NCBI GenBank assembly: GCA_934590135.1
Contig: CAKTOT010000001.1
Coordinates: 25,477-89,476, forward strand
Origin: an uncultured Muribaculaceae bacterium
GTDB taxonomy: Bacteria; Bacteroidota; Bacteroidia; Bacteroidales; Muribaculaceae
Direction of reading: 5' to 3'
Length of the DNA stretch: 64,000 nt
Shown here: positions 63,379 through 64,000 of the stretch, one piece after another
How positions within the stretch are numbered: the stretch's first letter is position 1
How the letters are laid out: each line of letters begins with the position of its first letter
Notes under the pieces: generated by a model
What the model saw: only the letters and a program-made list of their open reading frames with translations
Told to the model about the DNA's origin: nothing
The model's database searches: none
Made by a program: the position numbers and the translations under genes

Positions 63379-64000
63379 GCGATAACGAAGTCGGCCGGTC
63401 ATCGGCCACGCAAGCCTCCGAAGACCTGCAACGTGCGTGGGACTTCATCGAAAATACCGATGTGAGCGTCTTTCTCACCGGCAAGGCCGGCACGGGCAAG
63501 ACCACATTTCTGCGTGACTTGGTGTCGCGCAGCGCCAAGACCTTGGTCGTGGTGGCGCCTTCGGGCGTGGCGGCCGTTAATGCCGGCGGCGTGACCATAC
63601 ACAGTTTCTTCCAATTGCCCTTGTCGCCGTATATCCCCGGGGTGAGCACACGCGATCATCGTTTTAATTTTTCGCGCGAAAAATTGCGTATCATCCGCGC
63701 CCTTGACGTCTTGGTCATAGACGAAATTTCGATGGTGCGCAGCGACCTGCTCGATGCCGTGGACGATGTCTTGCGCCGTATACGCGGGACGCAGACGCCT
63801 TTCGGCGGAGTGCAACTGCTGATGATAGGAGACCTGCGCCAACTTTCGCCCATAGTGACGCCACAGGAGTCGCAGTTGCTGGCAACGCATTACGATACGC
63901 CGTACTTTTTCGGTAGTCAGGCGTTAAAACGCTTGCGCTATGTCACCATAAGCTTGCGCCACGTATTTCGACAAAAGGACGGCGAGTTTGTACGCATACT
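63375..64000 (+). CDS. PIF1/RecD-like ATP-dependent DNA helicase, 3' end beyond the window
   Basis: Not in the ORF track (open-ended). The ATG at 63375 overlaps the previous TGA (ATGA). Walker A FLTGKAGTGKTT. VLVIDEISMV (Walker B). FGGVQLLMIGDLRQLSPI is typical of PIF1-type helicases. Confidence 0.85.
   Translation, partial: MSDNEVGRSSATQASEDLQRAWDFIENTDVSVFLTGKAGTGKTTFLRDLVSRSAKTLVVVAPSGVAAVNAGGVTIHSFFQLPLSPYIPGVSTRDHRFNFSREKLRIIRALDVLVIDEISMVRSDLLDAVDDVLRRIRGTQTPFGGVQLLMIGDLRQLSPIVTPQESQLLATHYDTPYFFGSQALKRLRYVTISLRHVFRQKDGEFVRI

Noticed and set aside
1-64000. Mobile element, prophage or integrative island
   Set aside because: I recognised no integrase, transposase, relaxase, phage structural genes or flanking tRNA/att-like repeats. 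The accessory loci appear chromosomal. The PIF1-type helicase at the right edge is not on its own evidence of an element.

Overview
This window looks like a Bacteroidales (Bacteroidota) chromosome segment. The supporting signs are TAnnTTTG -7 promoter boxes, lipoprotein-rich operons, type V pilus genes, and many type IX secretion (T9SS) C-terminal sorting domains. I saw no rRNA, tRNA, CRISPR array, integrase or transposase.

Housekeeping genes: menA, obg, an S41 C-terminal protease, mfd, tcdA, rex, a YhaM-type cysteine desulfidase, and a PIF1-type helicase cut by the right edge.

Accessory content:
1. A large secreted TolB-propeller/C39-peptidase protein on the minus strand at 1-3492. It is missing from the ORF track because it runs off the left edge.
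2. A partial nonulosonic-acid trio (NeuC-like, NeuA-like, CBS-nucleotidyltransferase), preceded by a secreted deaminase-fold protein that has lost all its zinc ligands.
3. The most interesting region, about 14.7-27.1 kb on the minus strand. A clear cobalamin riboswitch leads a BtuB-like TonB-dependent receptor, a BtuG-like beta-propeller lipoprotein and a second surface lipoprotein. These are followed by T9SS-exported paralogs of the same propeller, one of them fused to BspA-type leucine-rich repeats and Ig-like domains. I read this as a possible secreted or surface-anchored corrinoid-capture system. That reading is inference.
4. A T9SS-exported endonuclease I.
5. A type V pilus-like operon (DUF3575 barrel, Mfa2-like anchor, five fimbrillin-like lipoproteins). 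Its upstream region carries four TTTCCGCTGAG direct repeats and sits next to a 7-TM AraC-type regulator gene.
6. A 1148-aa repetitive T9SS adhesin-like protein.
7. Two full-length PorU-type (C25) T9SS sortase paralogs flanking rex.

All family calls come from motif recognition by eye. No database search was run.
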